Below, piece by piece: positions 59,171 through 64,000 of a DNA stretch of 64,000 nucleotides; position 1 is the stretch's first letter; the number at the start of each line of letters is the position of its first letter. Below the pieces are notes generated by a model. That model worked only from the letters and a program-made list of their open reading frames with translations, was not told the origin of the DNA and did no database searches. This DNA is from the human T2T-CHM13v2.0 reference genome, Homo sapiens. A program made the position numbers and the translations under genes. The stretch is from NCBI RefSeq assembly GCF_009914755.1, contig NC_060947.1; one strand, given 5' to 3'.

Positions 59171-59267
59171 CTTGCCATGGGAAATTTCATCAAGTATTCT
59201 GGTCTCTGCTGGCTTGGCTTTCTTGAAACTGTAATGTGCCCACACACCGTTATTTTTGAGCCATCAT
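59171..59267 (-). pseudogene. CD84-like cytoplasmic exon
   Basis: atacag|97 nt|gtgagt; DDGSKITVCGHITVSRK/KPAETRILDEISHGK vs CD84 DAASKKTIYTYIMASRNTQPAESRIYDEILQSK; 1-nt frameshift. Confidence 0.88.
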
Positions 59268-60229
59268 CTGTATCACAAATAAACAGAGACTACAATATGT
59301 GAAAGGTGATGAATTTTCTAGAGATTAGCAATTCCAAAATCCTCTTTAGGAAGAGGAAATGGAGGCCCTAAGAGAGATGACTTCCAAGGTTTCTTGGCTC
59401 CAAATCCAGAATTTTTTCCAATGTGTAGGCAAAAGCAGGTCTTCCATGCAAGATGGAGTCCCACTACACTTAGTGTCTCTGGCACTTAGCATTAACTGTC
59501 TTGCCCAGCTAGGTGGTTTTTCATGTGAGTGTCTTAGTTTCTTAACTAGATTTATTATCTCCAGTTATACACTGCATCGGATTCTTCTAGTGTAATTTAT
59601 CTTCACTACCTCAATGTTGAGCACATTGTACATGCTCCACAAACATTTGTTGCTTGATTCACACAGTCAATAAATAATGATCAAGCAATAAATATTGATC
59701 AACTTGATCAATAAATAATGATCAGTTATCAAGCTCAGTGTGAGGCCCAGAGAAGCAAAGGCAAGAGAAACAAGTCCATACCCTTAAGTATTTATAGGCT
59801 GATAGAGGCACTCGTCTCAGCTTCTCCTTTTCTTTGGTACTGACATCAGACATTTTAGAGTCAAGTTGAAAAGAGTTGGTCGTATTTTTGGGCTTTCATA
59901 TTTCAAGGCATTTCAACATATCCACAAATAGCAGGCCCAGTGAGCTGTGCAATATCATGGGGCTCCAATGTTTTAGGAGTTAGTCCTGAGCCAGACTGAA
60001 TGCTCTCTCTTATCTGTATATGTGAAGAATAGCCCTTCTTCCTCCCCAGGAGGCTGTGAGGGATTTAAAACAGATGTCTATCTGAGGGACCCTGCAGATC
60101 TCCCATGCTATGAGCAGGCTGTGTGATTTCTCCCCATCATGAGGCCATTATCATGACATGTTATGGCTCATGTCTCAAACCCTTGAGTTTCTTATTCTGT
60201 GCCATATCCATGCCTTTCAATTATCAGGA

Positions 60230-60460
60230 CAGTAGCTGAAATTTATTGAGGGCTTACTAGGTACTGGGCACAGTATCAAGTATGTTATTATGTGTAATTC
60301 CATTCAATCTACTTAATAATATGTGCCCAAAGCCCTATTATTATGGTTATTTTACAATGGAGAAAACTGAGACAGTGTTAAAGTAACTAACCTAATATCC
60401 CATAGCCAATAAATAATCAAGCTTGACTGCAAAGTGCATGCTCTTAGCCTTAACCATTGT
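60230..60460 (-). mobile_element. MIR
   Basis: atttattgagggcttact...ttttacaatggagaaaactgagac. Confidence 0.75.
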
Positions 60461-60520
60461 GCTGGAAATGCACCATCTCTCCCAATTATTATACAGGAAA
60501 ACTTGTGACTGGGAATTTAC

Positions 60521-60550
60521 CATGGCTTATACTGAAGGTCTTCATGTATC
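60521..60550 (-). pseudogene. CD84-like short optional exon
   Basis: ccttag|GYMKTFSISH|gtaaat vs CD84 GSCLNTFTKNP; phase 1-1. Confidence 0.55.
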
Positions 60551-61217
60551 CTAAGGAGTCCGGCCCAAAGGAGATTCAGGAACATGAAAGCAGAGTTTGA
60601 ACCTTTTTACATCCATGCTTTTTATTGGGTTTGGTTGGAAAGGAAGAGCTTGGGTGGACATGGGGGCAGAGGGATTTGGAGGGTGTAATTACTCACCTTG
60701 GGGCCCAAGATCAGGTTTTCTAAATTGAGAATTGCATAGTTACAGAAGGAACCCGGAGGATCCAGTGGGATCTAGTGACAACCATGGGATGCAGAATTAG
60801 TACTAGTGCCCTGATGACTCACCAGAGGTCGTAGTCAAAATGTATTAGCACTAGAAGTGAGTCTGGAGATCCTCTAGTCCAAAGCTCACATTTCACATGT
60901 GAGGACACTGAGCTAGATAGGTGAAGACACTTGTCTAATGAGGCACAGCCTGTTAAATGACAGGGTTAAACTAGAACCCAAGTTCTAGGGCCTATTACAC
61001 AGTGGCAAGCCTAGAAATGGATTCTGGAAATAAAGCAGGGTAATGTCTGGGAGTCCCCAGGGCCATCATTCTGGCAGATGAGGTGGTGGGGTGGGGGTTG
61101 CAGAAGGGTTAGTTCCCTGAACAAAGGACCTCTCCACATCACCTTGGATAAATAACATCAGTCCCAGGAAAAAGGAAATCACATTGCCACATTTTACCTT
61201 GTCTAGGAAAATCCTAC

Positions 61218-61337
61218 CTTGTCCTCTCTTGTATAAACAGAGCAAAAACACTGAAGATACAATAACAATACACAGTGAGAACACTACCAGCACACTCAAC
61301 AACCCAGGGTAGTGAGTATGGAGGCCCATTGGCATGT
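61218..61337 (-). pseudogene. CD84-like transmembrane exon (open)
   Basis: ttccag|120 nt|gtagga; DMPMGLHTHYPGLLSVLVVFSLCIVIVSSVFLLCLYKRGQ vs CD84 DIAMGFRTHHTGLLSVLAMFFLLVLILSSVFLFRLFKRRQ. Confidence 0.93.
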
Positions 61338-61716
61338 CTGGAAATAGAATACACATGTATTCTGACTTACTAGGAAATAGCCCCAAGAGGCTGGGGTGGC
61401 TTAGCATGCAGGAGCACTATCACAGTTGAGTGCCCTCCAGGGGAGTTCCAAAGCCCCTAGGGGAAACTGCACTTTCTGCTCTCAGAAGTCAGGATTAGAA
61501 ACTGAATCAGAAGGTCGAGCAGAGGCTGTCTCAGAACATCCTGAAATGCTTGGCATCTCTCTGAAGGCCTTGGGCTCTTTCCCAGTGGGCTTCCTGGGAG
61601 GAAATGACCCCAGTGACCAGGCTCAGGAAAAAGGAGACACATTCCCCCAGCCTCAGGATTTGCAGCTCTTCAGAGTAATTTCAGAGGCTTGTGGAGATTG
61701 GGACAGAACCTGTTAC

Positions 61717-61952
61717 CTGCACAAAGCTTCCAGGCAAAGATGGAGTGAGAGTTGTTGTCGGTTCCCGGCTGTACAAATTTAAGTCAACTCTTGGTTATCT
61801 GGGTTCTGGAAGTTGCTAAGGATATCACCCTCTTCTTCCAGGGGACTCCAATTGTATGTCACATCATTTTCTTCCTTCTCTGCAGAGCACATTAGTGTGA
61901 CATTTACAGGTACTATTCACTGAAGTCATTAAACTCTGGCTTCCCAAAATAT
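61717..61952 (-). pseudogene. CD84-like IgC2 exon
   Basis: SLMTSVNSTC/NVTLMCSAEKEENDVTYNWSPLEEEG..QELT*ICTA..KLCA|gtaac vs CD84 SLMASVNSTCNVTLTCSVEKEEKNVTYNWSPLGEEG..QELTYTCTA; TAA at 61779-61781, several frameshifts. Confidence 0.93.
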
Positions 61953-61956
61953 GAGC

Positions 61957-62803
61957 CAGTGGTGCACCAGAGCTGGCTTGTACCAGCTTGTGAGAACCAA
62001 TTGTTAAATTTCTAGAAATTCTGCAAGATGGTTGTTAAACACAGCCATCATTTAAAATTAAATTATAAAAATTTACAATTAAATTCTTTTAAAGGCAAAG
62101 GTAATAAATATTCAAAATTTATCACCTTCTAATTATTTTTCGACATTTGAATGTTACCTATGCTCTTGAGGTTATTTACATCGATTGTATCTGTGTGCTA
62201 CTGGGCATGTCCTCCCAACTCGACATGGATTGAAATCAGCCATTGTGGGAGTATCCAGGCTACAGAAATTGGTAGATGCTACAAACTACGGCTTGATCTA
62301 TGTTTGTCACTCTAGACTTGAAAGCAATGGAGAAAATGTTACTAATGCAGATTCAGCTTAAAAGTGAGTTGTGTCTGTAGCCATTATTGTGAACAGCACC
62401 ATAAAATGAGGCAATATTTTTCTGGTATTTGAAAACCATTATCCAATTCAGCAAATAAATCACTGACATTGTTGATGAATGATCCAAGTACCAATATAAA
62501 AATAATTGTTGAATTACTTTTTTCTTATTACTTAACATAAATGAAAATATCAAGCAACATTCATGTCAGAACTACACTAGTTCATCAATTGCAACTGTAG
62601 GTTGTCTAGGGAGATATGTATTTGGCAAAAATCAAAAGCATCCTGTCAGAATTGGTTATACAGAATTAACGATAAAGAGTATTGTATATTTTATTATCAC
62701 TTATGAAATTGTGTGCTATACACCTTTTACATCAATACAATTTATAATAAATATATACCCCCTTTCTAAAGAGAATTAGTTGAACATTTATCAGCACAAC
62801 ACT
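61957..62803 (+). mobile_element. MER63C/D (hAT) element
   Basis: cagtggtgcaccagagctggcttgtacc...aacatttatcagcacaacact. Confidence 0.8.
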
Positions 62804-64000
62804 ACGTGAAATGATTGTTTAAGTTGTTCTGTTTCCTGTTGTATGCGTATTTTCTTTACATTTTGTTTTGTTTTGTTTCAAAAGTGTCCATGGTGAAAAA
62901 CTACAACCTTTTAAAGTCTGTTTTAAAAAATGCTTTTATTAAAGCAATCTAAAGATAAGCTGTAAAAGGTGTGGGCTACTGAAGGGTTGCTAAAGACCAA
63001 TCATATTTAGTCAGGTAATAGCTAGATTTGGATCTGGCAAGAGGAAGTTTTTTTTTTTTTCTTTTCCTTTTTTTTTTTGCTAAGAGATAAGAAAATGACC
63101 ACCTATAGAGTTGATAAGGTTAGTGTACTCTTGGAAAAGCTGCTGCAGCCATGGCAGGAAGGAAAGAATTGGTATACAACTTTCTAATTAAGAGAACACT
63201 AGAAAGGAAATATATTCAGCAGTATAAATAAGGGAATCTTCTGTTTGTACCTGTAAGGGAGTAAAACATGAGCGATAAGCTGATAAGGCTTTTGGCTCCA
63301 AAAGAAAAACCTGGCCCGAAGTGTCAAATACTATATCTCTTAGAGGGATTTATTCCAAATTAAAATTAGTGATAATTTGGAGAAATATTTCCTAAAGTTT
63401 GAAGTAAGTCCTTGATTGGTTCTAACAATGATTAATATAGATAGGGATCAGTGAAGTTGAACAAAATTTGCATGTGTATCTGATATCTCAATGTTTTTCT
63501 GTAGAAACGTTACCTACTTTTCAAAAACAAAATTTTTTTTTGGAAGGCACTGAGGTGGGGGAGAGTGGTGAAGAATAGAATTCCCATATACTTTTCTCTC
63601 CAGGAACAGAGACATTATCTTACAAAACTGCTGACCAGAAAAGGTCAGAGTCATGGTTAGCTAACATGTCTTCATCCTCCCAAGCCAAATCGCATAGAAG
63701 CCACTGGAGAACTAGTTTGGAATTCCGGCTTCACTACTATGTAGTTGTAGGATTTTGGAGGAGCTGTACAGGTTCACTGAGCTTTAGTTTCCTCATTCAC
63801 AATATGACGATACCAATTTCTTCCTCATATTATATCTAAAGACATATCTATGTCTATATGCTTGATCGTACATTATGTGCGGAGATAAACCGGTAACAGT
63901 GATTGCCTCTGAGAAGAGAGACTTACTTTCCATTGCGTAATTCTTAGGCTCATGGTAGAATTTGTGCAAGTGGATGAAGCACTGCCTCACTGGGAAACAC

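Larger units (their letters stand above)
59171..61952 (-). pseudogene. CD84P1: Unprocessed CD84 (SLAMF5)-like pseudogene; may be the annotated CD84P1 (symbol tentative)
   Basis: Four exons in CD84 order: IgC2, TM, 30-nt optional exon, cytoplasmic exon. Confidence 0.88.

Noticed and set aside
60697-60730. Minus-strand mini-exon ENLILGPK|gtgagt
   Set aside because: No counterpart in CD84 and the phase does not fit the next exon.
61066-61407. 113-aa ORF as a standalone membrane microprotein
   Set aside because: It is the CD84-like TM exon plus intron read-through.

Overview
Primate (human-like), very LINE-1-rich DNA with no intact protein-coding gene. Nearly all long ORFs in the track are L1 ORF1/ORF2 pieces or Alu/antisense artefacts. 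Hidden among the repeats are two intron-containing (unprocessed) pseudogenes lying tail-to-tail. (1) On +, about 54 kb of the C-terminal half of a third, divergent PICALM/SNAP91 (CALM/AP180) clathrin-adaptor paralog. It has at least 7-8 exons between 4753 and ~58300, in the expected order and splice phase, broken by stops, a frameshift and dead splice sites. (2) On -, a CD84 (SLAMF5)-like copy with IgC2, TM and cytoplasmic exons (59171-61952), with frameshifts, a stop and loss of signalling tyrosines. Other structure: several L1PA copies share non-consensus variants (local gene conversion), a 183-bp inverted duplication brackets one exon, and there are several hairpin/templated junctions. Protein and repeat comparisons are made from recalled sequences, not database searches; subfamily names are approximate.
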